Made by a program: the position numbers and the translations under genes
The notes under the pieces: model-generated
The model's database searches: none
Told to the model about the DNA's origin: nothing
Seen by the model: the letters and a program-made list of their open reading frames with translations, nothing else
Shown: in pieces, positions 40,846 through 55,409 of the stretch
Layout: the number at the start of each line of letters is the position of its first letter
How positions within the stretch are numbered: the first letter of the stretch is position 1
Origin: Entomortierella parvispora E1425
Taxonomy: Eukaryota > Fungi > Mortierellomycota
DNA length: 64,000 nt
Assembly: GCA_020891255.1 (NCBI GenBank)
Contig: BQFW01000007.1
Span: forward strand, 1,426,001-1,490,000
Direction: 5' to 3'

Positions 40846-43800
40846 TTAAGGATGAGTGATCTCGGAATCGTCTTGGGTAGTGTCGTTGTTCTGGTCCTTG
40901 CAGCCATTGTCGTTGGCTTGGGCCTCCTGTGGGGCCGCGGATGGAGTTGACGAAGCTGAGGTTCGGGAGTGGCGGGTCATGACGACGGGTCGGCCACCCA
41001 AGAACAACAGCACCGGTTCAGAATCCTCCTCCGTACGGCCAGTCTGAACTCCAGCCCGCTCGACGGCCTCCCGGAGAAGTGTCCGGGTGCCGTCCTCCCC
41101 CTGGCTGACGCAGTCTCGACCGACTACCTCAGCCTCGTCGCCGCTCCCACGGGCGACTACCACCTCGTTGCACGAGGAGGCCTCGGCAAGGAGGCTTACG
41201 TGCTGGAGGGGGTGGTTGCGAGTGGCAACTACGACGGGAGGGTCTCCCTGATGGCCAAGAACGTCGACCGCAGTCGTGTCCCTAACGTTCAGTAGAGAAC
41301 CCGGGGGATGGCTGCTTACGTCCATCAGGCCCGTTGCTTGGATGTTGTTTCGCAGTATCCCAGAGCTGCCCCGGAGGGGCATCGTTTGGGTGTCGCTCTT
41401 CGTCGAGGGCAATAGTGTTTGTAGTTCTACCACCTCGCGCAAAGGCCCAATATTCGGGCGTCTGGTGGCAAGATCATGGATCTTGGAAGAGGAGGAGGAC
41501 GCATTGGCGCCAAAGTCCTCCCATTCAAAGTCCATCCTCTGATGGTGGTCGCTTGTCTTCGTGGTCGAAACCTTGCCGTGGGTGGTTGTATCCAAAGAAG
41601 AAGAGTCCTCAGACCAGACCAGGGCCCTGCTGCCGTGGTTGTTGATCTCGGCAGAACTCAAAAGGTCCACCATGGACTTGAGGCCCAGGCGTTGAGCCAG
41701 GGCCAGAGCCGAAAGTCCGTTCTTGTCACGAAGCTTCAAGTCAACGCCACGTAGAATCAAGTCCCGAACCAGGGATTCATATTGTAGTGCGACCGAGAGG
41801 TGTAGCATCGTGTGGCCAGTCTCGTTCGTGATATCAAGACCCTCCTTGGACTTCATCACGATGGGGGACGACGTCGAGGAGACCATAGAATCGTCTACGA
41901 GCTTGAACGATTCTAGGACCATCTTCTCCAGGTTAGAGAACGATACAGGCTTGGGCATCGGGGTCGATGACGAGGAAGCACTGGTAGAAGAGTACGTGCC
42001 CTCCAAGAGGTCGTTCCAGAGGGTAAACTCGTTGGCGCGGCTCAAGACCGAGTCCAAGGGTCCATCGAGACGGGCCGAGATGGACATCAAACGCTGCAGA
42101 GCCAACTTGATGAGCTCTTTCTCGTTATCGTCCACATAGGTGTACGAGGCTTGGGCAGGGACAGTGGTTGGAACGGTGGTGTGCAAGGCAAAGACAGAAA
42201 CAGTCTCGGCCTTGGCTGCCGCGGGGGTGAAGCACTCGAGCATGTGGTCGCGCTGAGGGATAATGGGCACAAAGGTCTGACCAAAGCAGACATACATCAT
42301 CTCTCCGACAGTGAATCCGGAACCATGGATAGTGACCAAGGTTCCTCCTCGTGTGGGACCAGAGCTGGGCGTCAAGTGGGTAATGGCAGCTGTTTGAGGC
42401 TCTTGATGCTGAGGCTGGATCTGCTGCTGGACTTGGTGCTGAGGAGAGGGAGTTTCCTCAGTCAACTCAGGAAAGAGAGATATCATTGGGTCGGGAGGGG
42501 CGTGAGACATGTAAGATACGTCAGGACTACTGTCCATGAAGTCATCTAAATCGCGCTGGGACGGATAGTCGATGGGCGAGTTCAACTGCGACCCTGGAGG
42601 AGTAGGGAACTGATGCTGAGGTCTTGATCCCAAGGGACTTCCAGATTCGGATCGCTCTGATCGCTCACGTTTGGATTTGGACGTTGAAGATTTGACAACA
42701 TTACGAGGACTGGAAGAAGCGCGTTGCAGTTTTTGTTGCTTCTTCAGCTCTTGCTGCTGCAGCTTCAGTTGCAGCTGCTCGGCCTTGGCAGCGGCCTTGG
42801 CAGCAGCGGCGGCGGCTCTGGACGCGATTCTGTTCTTGTTTTGATGGTAGAACATCAACGGCAAGGTGACATGGGACGCGATGGAAGCATCCGACAAGGA
42901 ATCGAATCGAATCACGAACCCCTCCTTCTCCTTCTTGTGCCCACAGTAGCAGTTGACCTTGAACTGGATGTTGGCGACACCCGAACGGAAGCTGATCAAT
43001 GCATCCCCATCCTCGGTGCGGTGCAACTCGGGCAACAAATGCAAGATCTATGGGAGAAGAAAAACATGTCCTCGGTCAAGATTGGTATTGCTCAATTGAC
43101 AACAAAAAAAAAAAAAAAAAAAAAAGAAACTCGCAACTTACACGACTCTCAGTCTGCTCCAACTTGGCAGACATGCGCTTGGCACAGCGCAAACAGGCCT
43201 CGGTCTCCTCCTGCCAGTTATTAGAGGGGCACTGGAGGATGGTGGAGAGGTTCAAAATGTTCTTTGTCGCCATTTCTTCCTCAGACATGACCTTGTCAGC
43301 CTGGGCAAAGAACAAGTCCTTGGGCAAACGAGCGTAGTCGTAGGTCTTGAGCACCGAACCGTCTTCCTGACTGACGATCGAGAGTTCGACATAGATGATG
43401 GTCTCAATACGAAGTCGATCCTCGATCTGGGTGGGGACATACTCCTGGAGCTCCTTCTTGAAGACATGAGTCTTCACATTCAAACGATGCGAGGTCGCGG
43501 GCTTGGAGTAGCTGCTTTACAGAGTGATGAAGAGGAGCGAGTTTTAGGGCCTGTGCTGATCTGAGCCAGATATCGTCCAAGGATTACCTCTCCAGGGAGC
43601 CATCGACAGAGTACAGCTGAGCGCTGTTCCACTCCGGGGTGGCAAGCTGAGCCTTGCGCGAGTCGCCCATGCGGATGGCGGAAGACTAATTTTTTTTTTT
43701 TTTTTTTTTTTGGCACACAGGAGAAAAAAAGTGTCCGGTCAGCTCAGCTCTCAAAGAAGCTCGGAAAGGAAAGGACGCTTTAATCGTCTGCTGGTGTATC

Positions 43801-43922
43801 GTTGCGTAGCGTTCCACTGTTGTTACCTCCTGCTGGTGGATGAAGGTGGACTCGAAGGATCCATGGTTAAGACCCATGGTCAAGTGAATGGCGGGGTTAG
43901 CGGTAGAAGAGTATGGAGGCAT
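40846..43922 (-). CDS. Spt23/Mga2-like transcription factor (IPT/TIG domain plus ankyrin repeats); no TM anchor in the read-through C-terminus
   Basis: IPT AITHLTPSSGPTRGGTLVTIHGSGF...LECFTP; ankyrin GHTMLHLSVAL...DKNGLSALALA; N-terminal LRIETII and CLRC motifs. Upstream exons joined by GT-AG introns. Confidence 0.8.
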
Positions 43923-46900
43923 GGTTGGAGTGTGGTTGGAAGTTGCTTAAGTGTTTGGAGGGTGCGTTTGTTGGGTTGCTTTTGGCGTGTAGCTAGCGAG
44001 GTTGCGATGCAGATGCAGAGTGGAGGTAATTGGGGATGGGAAGGATGGGATTGGGATCAGATATCCATTCAGAAGCCGATGAGGGGAGAGATTGTAGGTA
44101 GGGATGAAGCGGATGCAGCAAAGAAGGCAAAGAAGGAAAGAAAGAGAAAGAGAGAAAGGCACTGAAGAAGGTATCCGCTGTCATCCTGCTCCCGCGCTCT
44201 GGCTGCATGCGCCCAAACCGATTGGAGCAACTTTTGGCTGTTTTTCATGGCCAGCAGACATGAGCCCTCTCGAGGCCCAATCGTCGTTCCTGGGTTGAAT
44301 TGGGGTCGTCCCTGTGCCCGACAGAGTTGCGAAGGGAGCGGGTTTTCATCTTGATTTTTTTGCTCCAATTGATCACGTACACGCGGGCATTCACGTACAC
44401 ACATTTGTGGCTCCCATGGCCCAGTCACACACACGCCGCCGCGCTTTTTTGCACATGAAGATAGGAAGATAGGGGCAGGATGGTTGGTTCTTCATACTCA
44501 TATTGTTCGGATGCTGTACCCCAGCCCGTCTCTAGGAGTGAGGGAGCGCACCCATCATCTCTCTTACAAGGAACCAGCTGGGGAGCAAGCCTGTGGAAGC
44601 TGGCACCCGGGGAAACGAGTATCCTGTTCTGTGCCAAAATAGAAATAGGCCAATAGGCCAGCCACTCAGCCCTGCAGTGTGACCAATGGAATGCCCTGCC
44701 GCAGCACAAAGTGGTCCGTGCGACGACGACAGGGGTTGGACTTTCAAAAAAAGTCACAATGCGAGCGCTTCCTGGCGACCTTGGAAGGGCCACCGGAAGA
44801 CATGGGTGTGGTCGTCAGCACCATTCAAAGGATGTGCACATTGCTATGGGGGCTCTGCAGACAGTTGCGATTAGGTCGTCTCTAGAGTGAAAATGTATTT
44901 TGATGAAGGTGGTGTTACCATTTTCTCCTTGATACCCTGGCGCGTCATTCATAGAAAGCGTGTCTGAGGAATGGCAAAGGGGAGGATCTCAATGCTTAGG
45001 CAATCTGTTTCGTACGCCTGTTTTGCGACGCGCACATCACGTAAGCGCATCTCTGTCAACTTTTGGCACAGCTCGCGTTTTTTTGGGCGTCTCCTCCTGG
45101 CAAACGAGTTGCCCTCTGTCGACGACCTTTTTTTTCGTTTTCCATTTGCTCTCTTTATTTTTCGGGGGTTCTTTCTTTCTTGGGCCCTTGGCAAGTAACG
45201 TCACTTTGCTCTCATAGATACAGTTTCACCTTAACGGTGATCAGCAGGAACTGTTGGAATGTTAGGGAGTAGAGACAAGCTGACATGAGCAAAAAAATGA
45301 ACAACGTAGGTTCAGGACTCTTTTTTGTTTTGTTTCCCAGGAGGAAGGAACTGATTTAGTCTGAAAGGAACAAACAAGCAACAACGACGTTTGGGTATCC
45401 CTCTTTCCATCTTGGGCAATTCTTCTTTCTGTCTATCCTTCTTTTTCGCACTGACCGACCCCAAAAAAAAAAAAAGAAAAACCTAGAAGAAACGCGATCT
45501 TGACGCGATCTTTGGTCTTGTCCTAGTCAACGTGTTCAGAGTAGATGCCGAAAAAAGAACCATTAGTCGGATCTGCTCGGGGAAATGTTTTGGTGTGTAA
45601 CGACGTGAACAAGCTTGTGTTCCGTGTTCGCCCAAAGGCCCTCGCCCTTCATGCACGTCGGTTTGTTGTCCAATGGGTCCAAGGTCAACTCATTGCGGGA
45701 TACATTGATAAAGAAATGGGGGCATCGCACGGCATGCACACTCTATCTCTGTCTCTTTCGCCTCCTCCCTCCCTCCCTCCCCCTCTTCTCTCTCTTCTCT
45801 CTCTCTCTCTCTGTCTCCCCCTCTCCCTCCCTTTCGTTATCACTATCTTTTTGGTACTCAATCGGTAGATCCCCGTTGTAGCTCTGGAAAAATCGTGAAA
45901 CTCGAAAGGATCATCAGTGTTTGTGGACACAACATTATTCTTTTACAGTCCACTCTTTTGTTAGTTCATCAACAACAATAAATCTTAGGAGGGAGATGCG
46001 GAAGAAGGGTGCAAGACCCTCACACAAAGTGGCACGTTTGAAACGCTTTGATCGTCCCTTTGCTTTCGCCCTCTGAAAAAAAAAAATAAAAAATTCGGTT
46101 GCATGAAATATGGGTAGAAGGAAGGAAGGAGAGAGGGGTGGGAGGAAAGGAGCAGAAGAAGGAGGAAATGAGACGGACGGTCGGACAAAAGATGTGTAAG
46201 AAATAGACGAATATCTGGCTCTAGTGAAGACCAAATATCCTCGGAGAGAAGCGGCGAGTAGAAGACAACAACCATCATGAGACAGAGGAGGTGTCATCTC
46301 GGCGGCGAGCAGCTCCTCCTCCATTCTACGTGCATCCTCGTTTGAGAGTTGAAGCTGGAGTTCTTTTTATGGTAGCAAATGAGGTTATTACTCGTCCATG
46401 AGTCCACCTTTCGCGCTCTATCGCAATTTAGACCCCGTGCGATCTGTGGATCCCTGCCTCCCTCCGTTTTTTTTTTTTTTTTTTTTTTTTTTTTGTTGTC
46501 TTATTTCTACTCTGTGTCCGGATGGTGGGCCTTCTTTCTGCACCCGACGTACCGGATTTTGCAGATCTCCAGTGGGTCAAAACACACAAGTCGCTCAACG
46601 AAAGTCAATTACGTCGCATTCAGTCGTTTGATTCACCGCGGTACGAGTTCAGTACGTCTGAGTGGACCCTAGAAATATGGATTGTCACTCTGTCTGTACT
46701 CTGATGGATAGAGCCAGTCCATCAAGGCGTTCATGGCGTATGAGCGTGCGAGTGCTCTGCATCTTCTTGGAACGGCAACCACAGATCTTCACCATATCTG
46801 TGAGAATTTGGGAGGTTGTTATCTGGGGAAACATCAACAACATGATGAGGAGACAGATGCAGGCTGTGTGCAATGGAGGAGACAATAGAAGAGTGAACGA

Positions 46901-47570
46901 CGCCCTTGACAAACATAACGCGACCATATGCACTCTTCTCTATTTTTTTTTTTTTTTTTTGTGAATGTGCGTGTGTGTTGACTTTCTAAAGACACGACTC
47001 AACTCCTCTCTTTCTTCCCCGCCCCCCAAAGTCCTGAATTCCTAATTGAAGACAGGCCTCCGTCTTCCCGAATACAGCGCGTTAGTTCCCTGGTCACCGT
47101 CTCCTTTTCTTGTGAAGACCTTTTTTTCTCTCTGTTTGTCTACTCCTGTCCTGAGAAGAGATTGAAATGTTCAAGACGTCCATCAAAACACAAATACCTT
47201 CTTCAGGGAGACAGGACGAGGAGGAGGCGGAAGAAGAAGAATAAGAACAAGACAACACCGCTGCTTGTAAGTGCACGGCTCGAAAACCATGGCCACAAAG
47301 CGTTGTATTGTGTGGCAACTCTTTTCGTATCACTGGCAGGCTATTTTATTCAGTTGAGAAGGTAGTCGATCACACTCAATCTAAGGGGTGGATCCTCAAA
47401 AAAAAAAAAAAAATGGATGCATCCAGAACGACGGGTCTTCAATTTCTCTGCACGATTGCATGCATGGTGACTAAGGATGGGCCTCTTTTCCCAGCTCCCT
47501 CCCTCTCGTGGGTGAGAGAATCCAGTTCACACAGACCGCAAACACCAGCAATTTATCTATCATTTCTCTC

Positions 47571-47601
<31 letters not shown>

Positions 47602-49871
47602 AGGACGCAAAGAGATGCAGAAAAATGACCGCTGAATACTCACTGCCCTTTCGGTCTTGCAACAATATTTGTCCAACCATGGCCCAGCGAGCCGATTGAT
47701 TTGTTTGAATTGAAATTGATTGAGGAGAACATGTTTTCTACCGTCCATTACAACAAAAAAAAACTCGGTTGCTTGAGAGGAGAAGGGGAAGAAAAGAGGG
47801 GTGCGGGTTTACAGAGGACAAAAAACACAACAAACAACAGACAGGGCAGTTGTCTTGTTCGAACAGCACTTTTTTCTCTGATCTTCCGGCGAGGACGTGC
47901 AGTTCGACGGACGATGGATCAAAGGAGGTTCTCTGCAGATTATCCACTGGAGTGAGGAACTTGAGATACCTTGCATGCACCGTACGATCTCCCTCTCAAA
48001 AGGGACATGGAGATTCAAGACGCGGCGAGATGGTCGTCGTGTTTGTCTTGATGGCACAGGGCGACAAACACAGTGTTGATGCAGGAAAAGAGGACGAGAG
48101 CTGGGCGGTGGATGGTCCATGCTCCCATTCAATCAAGATGCTCAGTATTATTTCAGTTCTTACTCCACTGTGCAGTAAGTTTCCGTGCAGCATTTGAAAA
48201 AAACACAAAGAGAGCGCTCCTCTCCATGCTTTACTTCGGCAGTTTTTTCGACACTTTTTTTTTCTCTCACTTTTATCTGTCTTTTGCTCTCCTCTGTCTT
48301 TCCTCCCTGTTTCTCTCTCTTTCTTTCTCTTTCTCTGCTCGCCGGCGACTCTTATTCTCTTTGCCCTACAGCGAGGCACTCTCACTTCACCATCCTGCTG
48401 CTCGTCTACAAGTAATTGTCGTTGTTGTTGTGTCTGCTCCTATCATTTTGAGTGGTGTGTGGTTGGTTGAAGTTAGGACAACAATTCAATTTTTGTTTTT
48501 TGTTTCCAGGAACAAACAGAGAGTTCTGTGACCAGGTTACCGGTTTTCCTTCAGATCGCCCTCTTTTCTATCGGTTGTTGTCTCCCTTCTCACTCTGTCC
48601 CATCCCTCATCCCTGCCCCTCCTCCTACCGAGCACTGATTCCTAACTTGGCCCCCGTTCCCATTCCAACCAGAGTCCTCAACGTCAAGGCCAAGAGTCCT
48701 GGTGAATCCTTTCTTGTTCCTGCTTCTTCTCTTCATCTCTCTCTTTCCCACTCTTTCTCTCTCTTCCATTTCACATTTTCAGCCTCGATATCAGCCTCGA
48801 TATCAGCCTCTCTTCTCCGCATCTGCCCAGACTGGCATCATTGTGTTTACGCCCCAAAGCTTATCGCGCTGTAAGTTTCTTCTCTCTCTCCCTTCTTTCA
48901 CTCTCTCTCATTCTCGCTCTCATACGATCTCTACCCATCGTCCATCTTCTACTCTCGTGTCCCCGTCTCCTCCGTCACATCAATCTGCCCTTCGTCCTTC
49001 ACCCATGGACCTATCCATGGCTCACGGTCAATCACGCTCCAGCTCGAGCTATCGCGCCCCCTTAGACCGTTTTGACTAGGATCTATCCTGTGGTTCTCTG
49101 TCTGCAGAAACTCGCTCAGAAAAAAAAAAAAAAAAGCACACACCACAACGCGCTCACTGGGTTTGATTGCTACTCGTCTCCTTTCTCCGTTTCCCCATTG
49201 AATATCAGCAGACTCCACAGGAAACTGAGAGAAGAGAGAGCGGTTTCTCCCTGCCTTCGCACGCACTCCTCCATCCTCCTCCCTCTCTGTAGGAGGTTTA
49301 TATTGTTCTTTGTCATCAGCCTGCTGACTTGAACCTATTTTTGAACGTTGTTCGTGATTCTGGTTTACAGTACTTCCACAGCAAACCCCTGATCTTGAAC
49401 CAGCTTCTTTGGCATACCATCGTCAATTTCTTTTCAAAACCAGGCAAGTGAATTATCCGAACTAAAAAAAAAGTTTGTAACCCGTTTCTACCTTCAGGTG
49501 TGAACATGGAAGCGAAAGAGAGCAACGCAACACACGAGGAGGTAGAGTCCCGCTTTTAACACGCTCAGTCATTCTTTTGATTTCATGCCTCAACTAGACT
49601 CGACTGTCCTTTTCCTCTGTCCAACAAACACCCGCAGGCCTGCCCCGTGCGACGATACCTGCACAACAGGTGCAAGCTCCCGAGACATATCTGCGAGGAT
49701 CAGCATTGCTTTTTCAGCCTAATACACATCCCCTGGAATTTGGTTGAAGAAGGGGAAAAAAAGAGAGAGAGAGCGAGCGTGCGTGCGTGAGTGAAAACGT
49801 TCCTGCGGTGTCGCGTCAGGGTTTTCCCCCCCCTCTGTAAAACACATCAAAACACTCGCCTGCCAAGTACT

Positions 49872-52800
49872 ATGTCCCAATCGCGCACTTTACACCCGCC
49901 ATTGTCGTCGTCCCCAACACTGCCTCCTCCACTGTCGCAAGAGCAATCCTCATTTTTACACAGAACAGCAACAACAATTGCTCCAACCACAGTAATTACA
50001 ACCACAATCACTCGAGGAACGGCACCAACAGCGGCAGCGGTTACAGCGGAAATACGCACAGCTCCCAATTCTGCTACAACTGTAACCACAGCAGAGAACC
50101 AGCAGTTCGTGTCCTTGCGCCCTTATTCGGTGACCCCTTCCGCCCCTCCTCCCCCTTCTGGTGCAACCGCCCCACAGGAACATTTTCTTGCTCATCTTCA
50201 TCCTTTGGTGCTCCAACAACAGCAGGAACATCTTCTGAACCAACAACAGACCGCTGGCGCTCCTCCCTCACCCCCTCTTCTTTCAACCCCCCTTCCCCTC
50301 TCTTCATTCTCGAGGTCTTTGTCTTCATCTAACTCTGTTCTGGCGACCGTTGCTGCATCTGTCCCTGGCTCTTCAGGACTCCCCCTTCCTTCCTCGACCA
50401 ACGCGTTGTCAGGCCCAAGGGTCTCGACCTCTTGTTATTCTTCCCCTTCCCCTTCCCCGTCCTCGGCCATGGCCACGACTACAATCACATCCTTGGCCCC
50501 ACCCTCTCTATCCTCCTTCATCTCCGTGATGGATCATTCCATCAACTTTGAGGATCCAACCGGACAATACCAGCAGCAACTATTACAACTACACCAACAT
50601 CAGCAGCAACATCAGCAGTTGCAGACTGACCCGACAACTAGCCCTTTGGCCTTGCCCACGTCCACGATGACTGGTCCTGCCTCGTCTGGTTCGCACATGG
50701 AAGGCTACGCACCCATGACTCTCCCCTCGAGCTCTGTTCCCCCTCTTTCCTCTTCTTCATCGTCATCTTTGCCTCTCTCCACTACCACCATCACTGCCTC
50801 CACACTCTTGACCTGCAGTTCCGCCTCCTCGTCCTCCCCCCCCTCTTCCTCGACGATTCCATCTTCTTCATCCTCCCAAGTTGTCTCGGCACCTCTCTCT
50901 GACCCTGCTCCATACCATCTCTATCAACGCACTCGGTCACAGACATCCTCCGAGAATGAGTCGATGGGTTCATTAACAGCGACGCTTCACTCTGCAAGGA
51001 GTCCCTTCCCGTTTTTGACAACCACCACCGCCATGAAAACGATCCCCACAACCGCAACCACACGACCAGCTGTTAAATCGGCAGCCACTACTTTCACGAC
51101 CACAGCCACAGTCTCCTCCTCACCGTTACCCTCACCCTCTATCCTTTCTACCACTTCCAACACTCCTACGACCACTACCACCATGGGCACTACTCTTCCC
51201 TTAACAGCTACCAATGGCTTCTCGACGGGTGAGCACACCATGTCCCAGTCAAATCTTGACTCTTTCACGCACTCACCCATCGCGTCGGGCTACCCTTCAC
51301 ATCAACAACACCTGCAGCAGACACCATCAATTGCATCTCAACAACAACAACAACAACAACAACAACAGCAGCAGCAGCAGCAGCTCCATCCTCTCCTTTT
51401 TCAAGGCCCAGGATCACTCCTCCAGCTCCCTGGCGATAGCAACATCAACAGCAATAGTCACCCAAAAAGCAGTAATGACAGCAGTGATTTGTTCCTGGAA
51501 ATGCAACAGCTGCAGGCCCAGGACCAAGAGTATTTGGACATCCTCCACGCTTCGGCCGCGACGAGTCAAGCGACCATGGCCGTCGCTGCTGCTGCCGGTA
51601 CATCCACTTTGTCTTCGACCCCGACCTCCTCTTCCTCCTCCTCTCCTGCTGTCTGTCCTCCTGCCCATTTCCCTTCTTCCTCCTCACCTTCGTCATTATC
51701 ATCACCCACATCGACCACTACTGCACCTACGTCTGCTCAGGACCTACAGCTCCTGCAGCAACGCCAACAACGGTACTTGGTATTCCAGCAACAGCAGAGT
51801 CAACTTCGGCAAATCCAGTATCAACAGCAGCAGCAACAGCAGCTTCACCTGCAACAACAACAGCAAACATTGTCGACCTCCTCTTCCTCTCGGTCACGCA
51901 AATCCCTCCCATTTCAACTCCAACTTCATCAGCAACAGCAGCAACTCCATTTGGCTCAACTCTCTTCTGTGGGTCCTTTCCCTCTGGCGAGTCCAATGAA
52001 CGAAGCTCCAAAGTCATTCTATCGATCGGCGCCTGTTCCTTACCCGATTGCAACCTCTCGGCTCTTGCCAACGGCTGGAGCTAACGGCACAACGGCGGTC
52101 ACAGCAACCACCACGGCGACGTCCTCTTCGTCCACGTCTCCCTCTTCTGGGGCCATTTTGACGCCTCTCTCTGGCAATAGCAACGGCAATGGTAATAGCA
52201 ATAGCAATGGTGGTGGTCGTGGCGCACCCTTGCTGTTGACGCCTGTGAATGTAAGTTCCTCTACGATGATCTCTCCTCAGGAGCTGACAATGCTCCCATT
52301 TGAGTTTCATGCCTCTGACACTCACCCCATTCTGGTACGACGGTCGGAACCACCTCACTCGTCTGTTTTCTTGTTCTTTTATCTTGGTCCTTTGTCACCC
52401 TCGTTCTCCTCCTTCTTATCTATATCCTCCTTTCAGGCACCTACGGACTTTGTTTCAACTACAGCTGCGCCGTTCCCGCTGCAGCCACAGATGACCACCC
52501 CCTCGGGTTCAAAGACAACGGATCTGAGAATGATGACGATGATCTCAAAGCCTCCTCCGTTGCCGAGCCCATCTCTGCATCACCCCGGTGGTGGTGGTGC
52601 TGGCGGTGGTGGTGTTGGTGTTGGCGGTGGTGGTGGCCCCTTGTCGTTGATGTTATCCGACACAATGACACTATCGACTCCCTCCTCGGCCCTGCAGACT
52701 CCGTCGCCCCTGGGAATGACCTCGCGCGGCACATCTGGGTTTCCGTTCCCGTACCCCAATCTAATGCAGCAGCAGCAGCAGCAGCAACAACAACAGCAAC

Positions 52801-55346
52801 AACAACAGCAACAGCAACATCATCAGGGCGGTATGATGCAAGAGGTTAGTCCCTTGGTCACGACCTCGACGGGTCTCGATATCTCCTCGATGATGCCCTC
52901 GTTCTTGGAGAGTCAGGTCCCTCCCTCTGGTCTGTCGGCTTCAAGACCACCCCTGTCGTCGCCCTTCTCTGCCGTCGCGTCGACGGGTCCTTTGGGGGGT
53001 GCTCCCTTGGGAGAGAGAACAGTGGTGCGATCAAAGTCGCTGAACTTTTCCCCACTCATGAACAGTCGCGTGCGGTCCATCTCCGAGTCGACCGAGGTGA
53101 GCTCAATCTACCAACAGCACCAGAACCAATACCACCATCCTCAGTTGCAGCAACAGCAGCAACAGCAGCAACAGCAACAACATCCGTTCCAAAACTTTTA
53201 CCAACAGGCAAACTACCACGGCCAAAGTGGTCAAGGTGGTCAAGGTGGTCAAGCGACCGGTGAGCTTCTCAAGAGAGGTACGCAAAGCTTATTTTTTTTT
53301 CTTTTCTTGTGAGTGAATAGCTGACTGACAATGTAAAGCATGCTCACCTTGTTCACCTTGTTCACCCTCATACGCTGCTCGTTTCTATGGCTATGGTCCT
53401 CTTTTCTCTTCTAGGAATGAAGAGATCCGCATCAGTCGCCGGGTTGACGAACGCCCTGATCTCGTCGTCTCTCCTGGCCATGCACGCACCTTCAGCCCCT
53501 TCGCCTCTCTCGTCCACGTCCACGTCCCCTTCCATCATGAGCGTGCCCTCTCGCTCCAGTCCTGACCTTGTCTTGACCAAGGACGCGTCCTCGTTTGCGC
53601 CTGCTCCTTCCTCCTCGTCTTCCTCCACTTCTTCTTCGTCGTCCACTACATCCTCCTCTTCTACCTCCAATTCAACCTCTGCCTCCTCCGTCTCGTCGTC
53701 ATCCGCATCCGCTCCTTCCTCTTTGATCACGACTACCTCCATGTCCAGCGCTGCTGTTTCTTCAACAGCAGCAGACATGCCAGTCTCTCATCGAAACGAA
53801 AGTGTGGACGGGATGATGATCACTTCGGTCGCTGACGACGCAGCCTCCCACCCTTCGAAACGAAGTCGACTCGTCTCCATGTCAATTTCGGGGCCAACGA
53901 CGCCGTTGTTGGCACCCAGAGGAGGAGGAGGAGATGGAGGGTCGCCCACAATGGCAAAGGCGCTGCAGCAGCATCAACAGCAGCAGCAAGCATACGAGCA
54001 AGGGATGATGATGGCCATGATGATGGACCATCAGGTTGCATTACAACAGCAGCAGCAACAACAGCAGCAACAACAACAAGAGTCTTTTATGAACTCTGAG
54101 TATTGGACAGACATTAGTCTGGAAGAGAATGGGCTGAACAATAGCGGTACAGTGTCTTCCACGAATGGTGACGGTAGCGCAACTGGAGCAGTTCCTCCTC
54201 CTTCTACCACCGCGGCCACATCCACAAGCTCTGCTCCTGCTCCTGGCGCCATTGCCGTGGTCACGAATACTGGAGCTGCAGCTGTCCCGACAGGCATCCG
54301 ACGGAGACGCTCCAAGGCCCAGAAAAACAAAGATGCAACCACAGTTTTGATCTCGCAGCAACCACCGCCTCCGTTGTTGCCGCCACAAGGTCTAATGATG
54401 TCTGGTCTGCCTTCAACAGGCTCAAGAACCCCGACCATGCCCACACCGATAACACCGCTGCATTTCCCTGATTACCGGTATCTACCCTTGCAACAGCAAC
54501 AATCAAAAGACCAACAACAACAACAACAACAACAGCAGCAGCAACAACACCCGCAACAGCAGATGCATTACCATCATGCACTTGCGACCCCAACATCTGC
54601 CGGTCCATTCTCTCCCTTTTTCTTTGGGGGTCGTGGTGGCCAACACGAGCGGATATTGTCTACTAATTCCCAAGATTCCAAAGGAGGAAACAATGCCAAC
54701 TGTACACCTCATCTGCGAAGTCTGAGCAACAACAGCGGCGTCGTTCATGACCACTCCCCTTTGGCTTTCCAGGCCGAAGTTCCCGGGAGCTATTTTATCA
54801 AAGCTGAGACGGCCAGAGGTACAAACCTTCAACATCAACCTTCTCAGCCACATCAGCATCAACTCTCTCGTCGCGTCTCGCGAGACGATGTCACGATGGA
54901 GGAGCGACAAGCCGATGACAGATGTTCGGTGACGGCAGAGTCGACGTCTTTTGCCTCTCCTGCCACGACCACGGTCCGTGAGGCCTCTCTTGCCAGCAGT
55001 GGGGAGGAGAAGAAAGAGGAAATGGCAGGAAGTGCCTCCAAAGATCAGGCCGACCATGAAGAGGAGGAGAATGAAGAGGACCCTGAAAACGAAGACGAGG
55101 ACGAGGACGAGTCGTCACCGGGTCGTTGCCCTGACTGTGGAAAGGATTTCAATTCAAGAGGATTGTTGAGGTCCCATATCGTGAGCCACTCAGAGGACCG
55201 TCCATTTGCGTGTACAGAGTGCAATGGCTCCAAGAGTTATAAGCGGAACCATGACTTGCTCCGCCACAAACGGGAAAAACATAACTTGGATGGCCAAGCC
55301 CCTCCCTCGCGTGGTAGTGGACGCCACCACCATAATCAGATCCAGC

Positions 55347-55409
<63 letters not shown>

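Noticed and set aside
46379-47365. Short ORFs in the long intergenic region
   Set aside because: No consistent exon chain, codon bias or homology signal.
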